Origin: an uncultured Candidatus Binatia bacterium
Lineage (GTDB): Bacteria > Desulfobacterota > Binatia > Bin18
DNA length: 64,000 nt
Assembly: GCA_965214605.1 (NCBI GenBank)
Contig: OZ243961.1
Coordinates: 192,001-256,000 of the forward strand
Direction of reading: 5' to 3'
Under the pieces are notes generated by a model. The model ran no database searches, had not been told where the DNA came from, and worked only from the letters and a program-made list of their open reading frames with translations. The first letter of the stretch is position 1, and each line of letters opens with the position of its first letter. Made by a program: the position numbers and the translations under genes. Of this stretch, positions 29,333 through 41,757 are shown in pieces.

Positions 29333-29824
29333 TTAAGCCGTGAGCTTCTCACATTCGGCTATCGTCTTCACACACGCCTCAGCGGTTTCAATGCAGATGG
29401 CGTGATGGTGATGCTTGCGGCATTCGTCTTCACAAGCTTTGCAGATGGCAATGCAGACCTGGGCAAAGTTGCTAAGCTGGGCTGAACTCGCAGCCCCTAG
29501 AGTGGCCAGAGCTTCAGACACTGCTATCATCTCCTGGTTGCGCATAGCGCAGGCGGCCAGCGTGGTGTCGCCCGCGGCAAACTGCTGAAAACAGTGCTGG
29601 AGGCACATTTGTCCGATGCCGGCACACTCGAGCGCGGTCAAAACGAGGGAGCGATGCCGGGTTGCTGGATTCACCGCTGGAGCGGCGTGTTCATGAGGGC
29701 TATGGCTGTCGGCGAGTACCGGGCTGGCCAAAGCGGCTAGGCCGAGACTCGTTGCGCCCATCAGCGCACCGCGTCTGGTCAGTAGTGGAGAATGATCGGT
29801 CTGTACGGCGTCATTTTTACTCAT
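29333..29824 (-). CDS. Tat-exported four-helix-bundle copper storage protein (Csp1/2-like)
   Basis: TRRGALMG twin-Arg signal; repeated CxxxC motifs (CLQHC, CIAICKACEDEC). Confidence 0.85.
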   Translation of the reverse strand: MSKNDAVQTDHSPLLTRRGALMGATSLGLAALASPVLADSHSPHEHAAPAVNPATRHRSLVLTALECAGIGQMCLQHCFQQFAAGDTTLAACAMRNQEMIAVSEALATLGAASSAQLSNFAQVCIAICKACEDECRKHHHHAICIETAEACVKTIAECEKLTA

Positions 29825-29853
29825 ATGCACTCCTCAGTATGATTGTGTTCGGC

Positions 29854-30975
<1,122 letters not shown>

Positions 30976-31848
30976 TCAGGGTGCGTAATAATCCTGAGGT
31001 GTACCACTGGGGCTTATCAGGAAGCAAGGCTGAGTCCACATCCTATCGTTCCTTACTCTGGACCGTCTTAGATAGCGGCAATCCAAATAGCGGTCTGAGA
31101 CATTGCGCGCCCGAGGCACGAGTACTCCGCTCCTTCGAAGATTCTCTTTAGCCGACAATTTTTGTGCTTGACCTGATCTGGCTGGTACACCTCATAGTGA
31201 TGCGTAAGACGTTACTGGCCCTGCTCCTCTTCGGTCTGACCTCAGTGGTGTCTTGATAATCAACAACTTCCGGATGCGGTCATGGGGCACTGCTATGCCA
31301 AGAGGGCGGTTCCTGGGACCGTGCTGTTCTATGGTCTACTTGTAACTGCCTTAATGGTCGGTCTCCCTTCCTTGGGTGCTGGACAGGTTATGCCACTACC
31401 GGGTTGCAGGTGAGCGTCGCTCGTCGTCAAAAGAGAAACTGCCTTCCCAAGATGGGACCTCTCCCGGGTACGTACTGGCCGGTTCTGATAGAACCGATGT
31501 CGCTTCGAGAATAAAGTCGGCTAGCCTCATTCCGCCACAGGTAATGTGGAACAGTCCGTGGCGGTGTTCACGTGAACATTCAATAATACTCTCAGCGATA
31601 GTGACGATTTTCAGCAACCTTACACGGTCGCGAAAGGAGTCTTCCAAATGATGGGTTTTGCCACCGACGGTGAGGAATTGTGTTCCGGGCGTGACGGGCG
31701 GAAACCAGCCTTTTGGTACAACAACGGACAGGAGAGAAGCGAGGCGGACGTCGGGGCCGTGCGGGTGGGGACACCCCTGGATTCGTCACAGCTCGGAAAG
31801 CGATGCGGACGGCGATGATATACGAGGCCGGCGAGCGACCACCGTCGC

Positions 31849-33270
31849 TTAACCCCATTTATCCAGCTCCTGCAAGACCTCAAACAATATCCGGGTGGCC
31901 TGGCCTAGGCTGGCCAACGGAATCCGCTCGTTGGGACCGTGCACCCCATAGTCTTCCCCGGCTTGCAGCGCAATCCCTGAGAAACCGTAGCTGATAATAC
32001 CTTTTGCACGAAAATAACGGCTGTCGGTAAAGCCGGTTAGCATGCTGGGCAGGACAAGCGCCTCGGGATGATTGCGCTTGGCTACAGCGCGGATGGCGCG
32101 AAATAGCGGCGTATCGGCCGCAGACGAGACCGGTGGAAAGTTGAGCAGGACCGACAGCTCAACGTGGGGATCGTTCACCACTTCGGTCAGTGTCGCGATA
32201 AAGTGTCGGGGGTCCTCACCGGGCAGCAACCGGCAGTCGAGTTCGGCGCTGGCCTGGGCGGGGACCGAGTTGGTCTTTTGGCTACCGCTGAGCACTGTTG
32301 GAGAAATCGTATTCCGAACCAGGGCGTTGTTACGGGGGTGGGCGATGAAGGCTTGACGAAAATCTGGGTCGGCCAGGGCGCGTTCAAGATTACGGTACTG
32401 ATCCGCTGTTTCGTCATTCTGACGCTCGGCCAGGGCTGAGAAATAGGCCTGCACCGCCGGTACAACCTTGATCGGGGTGGTATAGTGCCCAATGTTGGTC
32501 AGAGCGCGCAGCAGACGGGTGACCGCACTATCGGGCCGGGGGACTGAGCCGTGGCCGGGGGGCCCCTCAGCTGTCAGCCGAATCCAGCAGGGCGACTTTT
32601 CGGCCACGCTGACGGAGTACGAGACTGTTTCTCCCTCATAACGAATCCCGCCGCCCTCAGTCAGCAAAAATTCGGCGTCCTGAATACGGTCAAAGTGCGT
32701 GTCAAGAAACCAACCCGCCCCATGTTGGCCGCCGGTTTCTTCGTCGCCGGTTCCCAGAAAGATAATATCGCGTTTGAGGTCAATGGCGTGGCGTTTGAGG
32801 AGTGCCATGGCCAGAAACTGGACGACGGCCGTGCCCTTGCAATCAAGCGCTCCCCGGCCATAAATATGGCCGTCTTTGACCACGCCTGAAAACGGCTCGA
32901 CATCCCAGTTGTCGGCATGGGCGGGCACGACGTCCATATGGTGGAGCAGAATGAGCGGCTTTTTTTCGCCGCTGCCGGTGAGCTGGGCGGACACAATCCC
33001 ACGGTCAGGCTGGGACTCGTACACCTGAGCCTCAAGGCCCTCTTTGGTCAGCTGGTCTTTCCAGAAACGGGCTGCGGCCATCTCGTTGCCCGGAGGATTG
33101 GTGGTGTCGATCTGGATATAACGGCGCAGCAGTTGAGCGGCTTCCCGCTCAACCTCGGCCCAATCGGGCTGAGCCGCTGTAATCGGGGGGTACAGCAGAA
33201 GGAGACAGACGAGCAGCCCGATACACCTAACGGGCTGCTGGCGGTGCAGAAACGACGCGGCTTTACGCAT
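31849..33270 (-). CDS. M20/M25/M40 family metallo-hydrolase, secreted
   Basis: HHMDVVP, YGRGALDCKG, DEETGG, GHGS, HGPNERI; N-terminal hydrophobic signal. Confidence 0.88.
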   Translation of the reverse strand: MRKAASFLHRQQPVRCIGLLVCLLLLYPPITAAQPDWAEVEREAAQLLRRYIQIDTTNPPGNEMAAARFWKDQLTKEGLEAQVYESQPDRGIVSAQLTGSGEKKPLILLHHMDVVPAHADNWDVEPFSGVVKDGHIYGRGALDCKGTAVVQFLAMALLKRHAIDLKRDIIFLGTGDEETGGQHGAGWFLDTHFDRIQDAEFLLTEGGGIRYEGETVSYSVSVAEKSPCWIRLTAEGPPGHGSVPRPDSAVTRLLRALTNIGHYTTPIKVVPAVQAYFSALAERQNDETADQYRNLERALADPDFRQAFIAHPRNNALVRNTISPTVLSGSQKTNSVPAQASAELDCRLLPGEDPRHFIATLTEVVNDPHVELSVLLNFPPVSSAADTPLFRAIRAVAKRNHPEALVLPSMLTGFTDSRYFRAKGIISYGFSGIALQAGEDYGVHGPNERIPLASLGQATRILFEVLQELDKWG

Positions 33271-33459
33271 ATTTCTTCCAAACTGAAAGCTGAGGTTCAA
33301 CCCCACCCTCCATAAGCTAATCCGCCAGAGGAAAAAAGGCAAGCGCGGAACACGCTAGATTTTTTCCCTATACACGATATAGTAACTCAACAAATCCTTG
33401 AACCCTTTCTCTTGGGATAAATTGGATGGGGGCTTGGGGAGGACTGGGGAGGCAGGGCA

Positions 33460-36400
33460 GTGAGGATCAAACAGATTGAACTCCTTGGATTCAAATCCTT
33501 CAAAGATAAAACTCTGCTGACATTCCCGGTTGGGGTGACAGCCATTGTCGGTCCAAACGGGTGTGGAAAATCCAATGTGGTGGACGCCTTACGCTGGGTC
33601 TTGGGTGAGCAGAGCTCCCGTCAGCTGCGCGGCTCCGAAATGGGTGACGTTGTCTTTGCTGGCACCCAAGGAAATCCCCCGCTAGGTATGGCCGAGGTCA
33701 AGCTTGTGCTCGAAAATACCGCCTCCCCAACCGCCCCGTTGCCTCAAGCAGTTGGCAGAGCTGATACCATGGGCCAGATCGCTGACGGCTGGACCGAGAT
33801 GATGGTCTCCCGCCGCTATTTCCGATCAGGTGATTCTGAGTATTTTTTAAACAATATTCCGTGCCGATTGCGGGATATTGTTGAGTTTTTCCTCGGCACC
33901 GGGGCGGGCAGCAAGGCCTATTCGATTATTGAACAGGGACGGGTTGAGCATCTGATCAACGCGAAAGCGGATGAAATTCGGGTGCTGATTGAAGAAGCCG
34001 CCGGCGTCAGTTTATACCGCAGCCGTCGTCTGGCCGCCGAGCGAAAGCTTGAGCGTACTCAGGACAATCTGGCCCGGGTGGCCGATCTCCTGTCCGAAAT
34101 GGAACGTCGGCTGGGCGTACTCAGGCGTCAGGCCAACAAGGCTGCCCAGTACCACGCCCTGCAAGGAGAGCTGAAAACCGTAGACCTGACGCTCCTGTGT
34201 AAAGCCTACCAAGCCCTGCTCGATGAATTGGTCGGTCTTGGCGCGCGCCGGACGGAGGTTGTTGCCGAGCAAACCGGCCTCGAACATCAGATTCAGCAGC
34301 TTCAGGCCGAGCACGCTCGAACGCGGGCAGCTTTAGAAGACCAAAAAGCCTCCCTACGCGCCAGCGAGGAGCGAGGTCACGCGATACACAGCGCCCTTGA
34401 GCAGAGCGAACAGCGCAGACAGTTTCTCCGGCAACAGGAACAGCGGGCTGCCGATAGAGCCGACGCGGCCCAAACCGAGTTGGCGGCTGTGGAGAAACGC
34501 CGGGGCGTAGTCGACAACGAGATGAAAAGCCTGGCCGAGCAGGCCAGCCAGGGCCAGATCCGGCTGGCTGAGGAAGAAGCAGTGCTCCAGCGCCATGAAC
34601 AGGACAGCATCCGGCTGCGGCGCACCCTTTTGGCGTCTGAGGCAGCGGCCGAAGAGTTAAAAACCGAGCTCGTTGACCTGCTGACTCAGCACGCTCAGGT
34701 CCAAAACGGGCTCGCCTATGCCCGTCGCCGGAGGGAAGAAGTGGCAGAACGCCTGCAAGTTTTAGCAGCTGAGGCTAACCAGGTCTCGGCCAGCTTGGCC
34801 AAGACTGGGCAGGATCTGGACACGACCCGCAGGCGGGCGACCGAACTGCACGAACGCCTGGAACTCGGCCAGCGGGAGCGGCGTGAGAAAACCGACGGCC
34901 TACGAACTGTGGTGAGCATTGGGGAAGAGCTGGAGCAAGAGTTGACCGGAGCCCGGGCCAAACAGGCCGAGCTACGCACCCGGCTCTCTACGCTCGAAGA
35001 GATGGAGCAGGGCTATGAGCGCTATGCGCCCGGGGTGCAGTCGATTATGGCCGGAGATGAATCGCTGAGCCAGGTGGTCGGGGTTGTTGCCCAGATGCTT
35101 GATGTACCGCATAGCTATGAACGGGCGGTGGCCGCTGTGCTGGGTGAAAAACTCGAGTATATCGTCGTTGCCGAGGTCGGTGACGGGCTCACGGCGGTCG
35201 AGTACTTGCGTCAGACCGAGGCGGGCCACGGCAGCTTTATTCCACTCCACCCCCGTTGCAGCGCACAGCCCCTGGGCGTGTCCCAACAAAACGGTCACGC
35301 TCTGACCGTCGGTCAGGGCGTGTCTGTGGTCATGGCTTCGGCCGAGCCGGATGAGGTGACTCCTCTGCTCAGCCTGCTGTCGGTTGAGCCGCAGTGTCGT
35401 GAGGTGGTCGAGACGTTGCTGGCCGATACCTTCTTGGTACCTAACCTGCAGACTGGCCTGCAGTACTGGCAGCGCGACCGCCAGCCACGAACCTTCGTGA
35501 CGCTGCGTGGCGAGGTTCTGACCGCCCAGGGTGTGGTCAGTGGCGGGAGTCAGACCTTTGCCCAAGAGGGTCTGTTGGAGCGACGCCGGGAAATTCGTGA
35601 TCTGCGCGACCAGGTCGAACAGCACGAGGACGTTGTCGCCAACCTGGTCCGGCGGCGTCAAGAGGCCAAGCAGAGCCGACAAGAGCTAGAAGGCGAGTTG
35701 GCCCGTTTAGAGGAGCAGAACCGTGTCCTAAGCGAAGAGAGACAAACGCTACAGCGCCGGGTCGCTCAACTCGAAGGCGAACAGCACCGCCTGCTGGATA
35801 AGCAAGAGAGCGTTGGCTATGAATACCAAACCCTGGAGGAGGAGAAGAGGGGGCTGACCACTGAGATTGCAAGTCTCGCTGCCCGGGAGTCCGAGCTGGA
35901 CAGTCAGCGCCAAGAGCGAGAAGATCGGCTGGCCGAACGCCAAGAGCAGGTTGCCCAGACAAAGGTTTCGCTCGAACACCAGCGAAAGGTGTGTGATGAA
36001 CTGCGGGTGCGGGTGGCCGAGCGCCGTGAGCGCCAGGAAGGTCTGCGCCTCCAGCGCTTGCGTCTTCAGGACCAGCAGACTGAGCTGTCCGAACGCGCCG
36101 ACCTCTGCCAAACCGAACACCGCACCGCCCAGGGAGAGGCCGAAAAGATGCGGGCCGACCTGTCTGTACAGGCAGCCAGCGTTGTCCAATACCAGGCCGA
36201 GCTGGCCGCGGTGAGCCAAGAACAGGAACGCCGGCAAGCGTCGTGTGCCCAGCTGGGGGCGGAGTGTCGTGTGTATGAGGAACACCTCGAGCAGTGTAGA
36301 GCCGCCCGGAGCCGGCTCCAAGAAGAGAAAACCCGGCTTGAGGTCAAGAGCGCTGAAAAACGGGTCAGCTGCGATCATATCAATACGGCTGGATATGATC

Positions 36401-37101
36401 GCTACGAGGTCGCTATTCCTGGAGTACTGGCCGTGTATGTGCCCAACCTGCTTGAGATTGAAGCAGGTGAAGAGCGCCGCCAAGAGTTGCGTAACAAAAT
36501 CGGTCGCCTCGGCGAGGTCAATCCCGGCGCGGCGGCTGAGCTGACCGAGGTCGAAGAGCGCTATACGTCTCTGAAGACACAGGAGGCGGATATACAAGCC
36601 TCAATTGCCGACCTGCAGAGTACGATTGCGAAGCTTAACCGAGAGTCACGCGACCGGTTCAAAGAGACCTTTGGCATGGTCGACGTGAAATTTCGTCAGG
36701 TCTATGAACGTCTGGTCCAAGGCGGAACCGCCCAGATTGGGCTGACCGATGACAATGATCTGGTCCACAGCGGGGTAGAAATCTCGGTCCAGCCGCCCGG
36801 CAAACGTTTACGCTCCCTGCAGCTTCTGTCCGGTGGCGAGAAGGCGCTGGCCGCGTTGAGTTTTACCTTCGCCCTGTTTCTGATTCGTCCCAGCCCGTTT
36901 TGTGTGTTAGATGAGGTCGACGCTCCGCTCGACGATGCCAACGTTGACCGCTTTAACCAACTGGTCAGAGAACTCAGCCAAACAACTCAGATGGTCTTAA
37001 TCACCCATAATAAACGGACAATGGAAGCCGCCTCGACCCTGTACGGCGTGACTATGCAGGAGCCGGGCGTATCAACCGTGGTCTCAGTGAGTCTCTCCTA
37101 A
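33460..37101 (+). CDS. smc: Chromosome segregation protein SMC
   Basis: GFKSF, GPNGCGKSN, hinge and coiled coils, LSGGEK, LDEVDAPLD. Confidence 0.97.
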   Translation: MRIKQIELLGFKSFKDKTLLTFPVGVTAIVGPNGCGKSNVVDALRWVLGEQSSRQLRGSEMGDVVFAGTQGNPPLGMAEVKLVLENTASPTAPLPQAVGRADTMGQIADGWTEMMVSRRYFRSGDSEYFLNNIPCRLRDIVEFFLGTGAGSKAYSIIEQGRVEHLINAKADEIRVLIEEAAGVSLYRSRRLAAERKLERTQDNLARVADLLSEMERRLGVLRRQANKAAQYHALQGELKTVDLTLLCKAYQALLDELVGLGARRTEVVAEQTGLEHQIQQLQAEHARTRAALEDQKASLRASEERGHAIHSALEQSEQRRQFLRQQEQRAADRADAAQTELAAVEKRRGVVDNEMKSLAEQASQGQIRLAEEEAVLQRHEQDSIRLRRTLLASEAAAEELKTELVDLLTQHAQVQNGLAYARRRREEVAERLQVLAAEANQVSASLAKTGQDLDTTRRRATELHERLELGQRERREKTDGLRTVVSIGEELEQELTGARAKQAELRTRLSTLEEMEQGYERYAPGVQSIMAGDESLSQVVGVVAQMLDVPHSYERAVAAVLGEKLEYIVVAEVGDGLTAVEYLRQTEAGHGSFIPLHPRCSAQPLGVSQQNGHALTVGQGVSVVMASAEPDEVTPLLSLLSVEPQCREVVETLLADTFLVPNLQTGLQYWQRDRQPRTFVTLRGEVLTAQGVVSGGSQTFAQEGLLERRREIRDLRDQVEQHEDVVANLVRRRQEAKQSRQELEGELARLEEQNRVLSEERQTLQRRVAQLEGEQHRLLDKQESVGYEYQTLEEEKRGLTTEIASLAARESELDSQRQEREDRLAERQEQVAQTKVSLEHQRKVCDELRVRVAERRERQEGLRLQRLRLQDQQTELSERADLCQTEHRTAQGEAEKMRADLSVQAASVVQYQAELAAVSQEQERRQASCAQLGAECRVYEEHLEQCRAARSRLQEEKTRLEVKSAEKRVSCDHINTAGYDRYEVAIPGVLAVYVPNLLEIEAGEERRQELRNKIGRLGEVNPGAAAELTEVEERYTSLKTQEADIQASIADLQSTIAKLNRESRDRFKETFGMVDVKFRQVYERLVQGGTAQIGLTDDNDLVHSGVEISVQPPGKRLRSLQLLSGGEKALAALSFTFALFLIRPSPFCVLDEVDAPLDDANVDRFNQLVRELSQTTQMVLITHNKRTMEAASTLYGVTMQEPGVSTVVSVSLS

Positions 37102-38075
37102 TGGCCCTGTTGTGGCGAAAGAAAACTACGCCCGAGCAAAAACAGTCAATCTGGCGGCGTGGTTTGTCCCGCTTACGCCAGGTCTTTCGCGCGCCGCTGG
37201 ATCGAATCTTACGCGGCCGGCCTATTGATGACGCCCTGTTTAATGACCTAGAAGAAGTCCTGATCGGCGCGGATGTGGGCGTGCACGAGGCCCTGCTCCT
37301 CATCGACCGGCTGCGAGCTCGTTGCCAGCGCGATCGCCCGACTGACGGAGAGGAACTGAAAGCCTATCTGAAAGAGGAGATGATCGGGCTTTTGCCGACT
37401 TCCGGCCCACCGTTAGTCGGTCAAGCCCGGCCCTGGGTGATCCTGATGGTTGGTATTAACGGAGTGGGGAAGACAACCACCCTGGCCAAGCTGGCGGCTC
37501 GCTTTGGCCAGGAACAAAAAACAGTGTTATTCGTGGCAGGAGATACCTTCCGAGCCGCGGCTATCGAGCAGCTCGAGGTCTGGGCCGATAGGCTCGGCGT
37601 AGAGGTCATTAAACATCGGAGCGGAGCTTCTCCGGCAGCGGTGGCGTTTGACGGGGTTCGAGCCGGGATTGCCCGTCAGGTTGACGTCGTGCTGATCGAT
37701 ACCGCAGGACGGTTGCACACCAAAACGCCGCTCATGGAAGAACTCAAAAAAGTGCACCGGGTGGTCGCCAAGGAACTCCAGGGAGCCCCTCATGAGGTGC
37801 TGTTGGTGCTCGACGCGACAACCGGCCAAAACGCTCTGAGTCAGGCGCGGACCTTTCAGGCCGCGTTTCCGCTGACCGGAGTGATCCTGACAAAAATGGA
37901 CGGCTCTGGAAAAGGCGGAGTGGTGTTATCCATTGCTGAACAGCTCGGCGTCCCGATTCGGGGAGTTGGCCTAGGGGAGGGGACCGAAGACCTGCACGAC
38001 TTTGAGGCGACCGCATTTGTTGAGGCGCTTTTTTCTCCTGAGGACCCCGAAACTTCTCTTGACTCACAGGGCTAA
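37101..38075 (+). CDS. ftsY: Signal recognition particle receptor FtsY
   Basis: GINGVGKTTT, DTFRAAA, DTAGR, TKMDG. Confidence 0.96.
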   Translation: MALLWRKKTTPEQKQSIWRRGLSRLRQVFRAPLDRILRGRPIDDALFNDLEEVLIGADVGVHEALLLIDRLRARCQRDRPTDGEELKAYLKEEMIGLLPTSGPPLVGQARPWVILMVGINGVGKTTTLAKLAARFGQEQKTVLFVAGDTFRAAAIEQLEVWADRLGVEVIKHRSGASPAAVAFDGVRAGIARQVDVVLIDTAGRLHTKTPLMEELKKVHRVVAKELQGAPHEVLLVLDATTGQNALSQARTFQAAFPLTGVILTKMDGSGKGGVVLSIAEQLGVPIRGVGLGEGTEDLHDFEATAFVEALFSPEDPETSLDSQG

Positions 38076-38119
38076 GGACACTACACTCGGTTTGAACTTT
38101 TCCTTTGCTTTTAGATGAT

Positions 38120-38362
38120 ATGGCTGTACCAAGCCTGAAACTTCTTGAGGAAAAGCTCAATGAGATGCTGGAGCGCCACGAGCGACTTTGCCAGGAGAAA
38201 GCGGTATTGACGCAGCGCCTGAGTGAGCAACAGCAAGCAAACGGCCGTCTACGTGAACAGCTCCAGCAGTACGAACAGGAACGAGAGGAAATTCGGACAA
38301 AGCTGGAACGGATTCTGAGTCAGTTTGACGGGCTTGGAATAGAGTTGAGCGACGAGAGATGA
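38120..38362 (+). CDS. zapB: Cell division coiled-coil protein, ZapB-like
   Basis: 80-aa coiled coil (LEEKLNEML...EREEIRTKLERIL) directly before zapA. Confidence 0.7.
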   Translation: MAVPSLKLLEEKLNEMLERHERLCQEKAVLTQRLSEQQQANGRLREQLQQYEQEREEIRTKLERILSQFDGLGIELSDER

Positions 38363-38366
38363 GGCG

Positions 38367-38681
38367 ATGAAATCCTTGGTTGAGGTCGAAATCTTCGGCC
38401 AGACTTTCACGGTCAACAGCGAGGAGCAGACCCAGTACGTGAAAGAGTTGGCCAACTATGTTGACCAGCGTATGCGTCAGATAGCGAGCAGCACCAAAAC
38501 CGTCGTCCCCCTTCGGATTGCAATTATGGCGGCTCTGAGCATTGCAGAGGAGCGCCACAAAGCCAGTCAGCGAGAACAAGAGATCCAAGAAGAAACAGAA
38601 CGTCTTTCTGCGGTTTTGCTTGAACGGATTGAGCAGAGTGAAAAGAACCAAGGCGTAAGCAATGGCCGTGTCGTCTCATAA
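38367..38681 (+). CDS. zapA: Cell division protein ZapA
   Basis: VEIFGQTF, LANYVDQRM, IAIMAALSIAEE. Confidence 0.9.
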   Translation: MKSLVEVEIFGQTFTVNSEEQTQYVKELANYVDQRMRQIASSTKTVVPLRIAIMAALSIAEERHKASQREQEIQEETERLSAVLLERIEQSEKNQGVSNGRVVS

Positions 38682-38945
38682 GACGTTGTGTCTTCCTCAT
38701 CGCCAGTCTAAACGTCTTCTCCGCAGGATTTGCTAAACCGCCGATCCTAGGCTGAGACGCTCCCATCCAGTTCTGTCATCCGGTTTTCTCCGTGCCACAG
38801 CCGAGGGCCTGGTGGAAGGTTCTTCCACCAGGCAATTTGAGGGATGGAGGAAAAATCCCCCCGATACAACTGAAATGTCATTGGGAGGTGGTTTTACACG
38901 TGTAAAGGCCCTCCGACCCTGGGGATGGAAGGAGGTCAGTGATAG

Positions 38946-40508
38946 ATGAGGTCATTGCTCTACTGGTTAATTGGAGTGGTGCTCGGCGGCGTGGGGGTGT
39001 GGGTGCTCATACTACTGCGCCAACGTTGGCAGCAGGAAACAATCGTCAACGCTGAGGAAGCAGCGAAGAGCATTCTGGAGGAGGCCCGAAAAGAATCGTC
39101 CGTCATCAAGAAGGAAGCCGAGGTACAGGCCAAAGAGGTTCTCTTACAGTCAAGGACGGAGTTTGAGAAAGAACGCCGTGAACAGAAGAAAGAGATTCAA
39201 CAGAGCGAGCGACGTTTACAGAGCCGTGAAGAAATCCTTGAGAAGCGGGCGGTAACCTTGGACAATCGGGAAACCGAGCTGTCGCATCGGGAGAGGGGTT
39301 TTAAAACCAAAGAAGAGGCGCTCGACGAGAAAACACAAAAGTATCAGGGCTTGATAGAAGAGACTCGTCAGAAGCTTGAGCAGATTGCGGAAATGAACCG
39401 CGAGGAAGCAAAAAATGTCTTGCTCGAACAGATGATGAGTGACGCCCGTAGTGAGGCGGCGCGTCAGATCATGGCCATCGAAGAAGAAGCCCGTGATGAG
39501 GCCGAACGTCGGGCTAGGAAGATCATCAGCGTTGCGGTCGAGCGTCTGGCCGGTGAGTTTGTGTCGGAACGCACTACCGCGGTAATTCCCCTGCCTAGCG
39601 ATGACATGAAGGGACGTATTATTGGTCGCGAAGGGCGCAACATTCGTGCTATTGAGGCGGCCACCGGCGTTGACCTGATCGTTGATGATACGCCGGAAGC
39701 CGTGCTGATTTCGAGCCATAGCCCCATCCGCCGAGAGATCGCCCGGGTGGGACTCGGACGGCTGATCTCTGACGGCCGGATTCACCCAAGCCGGATTGAA
39801 GAGGTGATCAAAAAAGCCGAACAAGAGGTTGAGGAGGCGGTCCGCGAGGCTGGCCAACGGGCTATCTTAGAATTGGGCGTTCATGGGGTGCATCCGGAGA
39901 TTGTTAAGCTCATCGGCATGCTGAAATATCGCTACTCCTACGGTCAGAACGTACTGATGCACTCGATTGAAACCGCCTATGTGTGCGGGATCATGGCCGC
40001 TGAGCTGGGCTTAAATGAAAAACAGGCCCGACGAGCCGCCCTGCTGCACGACATTGGTAAAGCAGTGTCTCACGAAATTGAGGGCTCGCACGCCATTATT
40101 GGCGGCGATGTGGCTCGCAAATACGGCGAATCGGCCAAGATCGTCAACGCCATTGCCGCCCATCATGAAGAGGTCAAAGCCGAGACCGTGCTGGCTCCCC
40201 TCGTGGACGCCGCCGATGCGCTGTCTGGGGCCCGACCTGGCGCGCGGCGGGAGGTGCTCGAAAGTTACGTCCGCCGTCTGGAGGATCTGGAGCAAATCGG
40301 CCGCTCTTTCAGTGGTGTCGAAAAGTCGTTCGCCGTACAGGCCGGCCGCGAGGTGCGGGTCATCGTTAGTCCCGGCTCGGTGACGGACGGCGAGGCCGCC
40401 CTCTTAGCCCGTGAGGTGGCCAAGAAGATCGAAGATGAGATGACCTATCCGGGTCAGATCAAGATTACCGTGATCCGGGAGATGCGGGCGACCGAGTTTG
40501 CCCGCTGA
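38946..40508 (+). CDS. rny: Ribonuclease Y
   Basis: N-terminal TM, coiled coil, KH (MKGRIIGREGRNIR), HD (LLHDIGK). Confidence 0.97.
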   Translation: MRSLLYWLIGVVLGGVGVWVLILLRQRWQQETIVNAEEAAKSILEEARKESSVIKKEAEVQAKEVLLQSRTEFEKERREQKKEIQQSERRLQSREEILEKRAVTLDNRETELSHRERGFKTKEEALDEKTQKYQGLIEETRQKLEQIAEMNREEAKNVLLEQMMSDARSEAARQIMAIEEEARDEAERRARKIISVAVERLAGEFVSERTTAVIPLPSDDMKGRIIGREGRNIRAIEAATGVDLIVDDTPEAVLISSHSPIRREIARVGLGRLISDGRIHPSRIEEVIKKAEQEVEEAVREAGQRAILELGVHGVHPEIVKLIGMLKYRYSYGQNVLMHSIETAYVCGIMAAELGLNEKQARRAALLHDIGKAVSHEIEGSHAIIGGDVARKYGESAKIVNAIAAHHEEVKAETVLAPLVDAADALSGARPGARREVLESYVRRLEDLEQIGRSFSGVEKSFAVQAGREVRVIVSPGSVTDGEAALLAREVAKKIEDEMTYPGQIKITVIREMRATEFAR

Positions 40509-40535
40509 GTAACAAGGAAGGAAAGTGAAGAAGAC

Positions 40536-41738
40536 ATGGCTCTGTCTGTGGCAGACCAGTTACGCGAAATTCAGCGCGGGACGGTTGACATTATTCCGCT
40601 TGAGGAACTGAAACGGAAGCTGGAAACGGGTCGTCGGCTCCGGATCAAGCTCGGGGTTGATCCCACTTCTCCCGATCTGCACCTCGGCCACACGGTGGTG
40701 GTCAATAAACTGCGCCAGTTTCAGGAGCTGGGGCATGTGGTGATTTTTTTGGTCGGCGATTTTACCGGCATGATCGGCGATCCAACAGGCCGCTCAGAGA
40801 CCCGTAAGGCGCTCACCCGCGAGCAGGTCCTGGAAAATGCCGAAACCTATACCAAGCAAGTGTTTAAGCTCCTGGATCGGAACAAGACCGAGGTCCGTTT
40901 TAACTCCGAGTGGATGGACACCTTCACCCCGTCCGACTTTATCCGTCTGTGCGGTCGGTACACGGTTGCCCGTCTTTTAGAACGGGACGACTTCTCGAAA
41001 CGCTATAAGGAGGGTATGCCTATTCACGTCCATGAGCTCCTGTATCCGCTTGTTCAGGGCTACGACTCGGTTGCCCTTGCGGCTGATGTTGAGGTTGGGG
41101 GGACGGATCAGCGCTTCAATCTGCTAGTCGGACGTGAACTCCAGCGCGGCCATGGCCAGGAACCGCAGGTCATTCTCACCTTACCCCTGCTCGAAGGCAC
41201 GGATGGGGTACAGAAGATGAGCAAATCGCTCGGCAACGCCATTGGTATCGCCGATCCGCCCAACGAGATGTACGGCAAAATCATGTCGATTTCCGACACT
41301 ATGATGGGGAAATACTACGAGCTGTTGAGCACGGTCGATAGTGACCAACTTGAGACCATTCAGCGCGGCGAGGTCCATCCGATGCAGGCCAAAAAGCAGC
41401 TGGCGGCCGAGCTGATTACCCGCTTTCATAATAGGACTGCCGCGGAAGAGGCTGCGGCTGACTTTGCCCGACGTTTTCAGCGCCGCGAATTGCCCAGCGA
41501 TCTGCAAGAGATCCCCTGGGCCGACAGTGGGGCCGAGGTCTGGATCTGTTATCTGCTGCGCGAGGCCGGTCTGACAAAATCGACGAGCGAAGCCCGACGT
41601 ATGATCCAACAGGGGGCGGTTCGTCTCAACCAGGAGCGGGTAGACAACCCGGATCTCAGGGTCCCGACCCAGGGCGAGACGATTGTCCAAGTCGGGCGGC
41701 GGCGGATTGCCAAGGTCGTCTTTGGCCCCCCGGTCTAG
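40536..41738 (+). CDS. tyrS: Tyrosine--tRNA ligase
   Basis: [17 protein letters not shown]-terminal S4 domain. Confidence 0.97.
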   Translation: MALSVADQLREIQRGTVDIIPLEELKRKLETGRRLRIKLGVDPTSPDLHLGHTVVVNKLRQFQELGHVVIFLVGDFTGMIGDPTGRSETRKALTREQVLENAETYTKQVFKLLDRNKTEVRFNSEWMDTFTPSDFIRLCGRYTVARLLERDDFSKRYKEGMPIHVHELLYPLVQGYDSVALAADVEVGGTDQRFNLLVGRELQRGHGQEPQVILTLPLLEGTDGVQKMSKSLGNAIGIADPPNEMYGKIMSISDTMMGKYYELLSTVDSDQLETIQRGEVHPMQAKKQLAAELITRFHNRTAAEEAAADFARRFQRRELPSDLQEIPWADSGAEVWICYLLREAGLTKSTSEARRMIQQGAVRLNQERVDNPDLRVPTQGETIVQVGRRRIAKVVFGPPV

Positions 41739-41757
41739 CCTCGGCCGGGAGAGTCTC

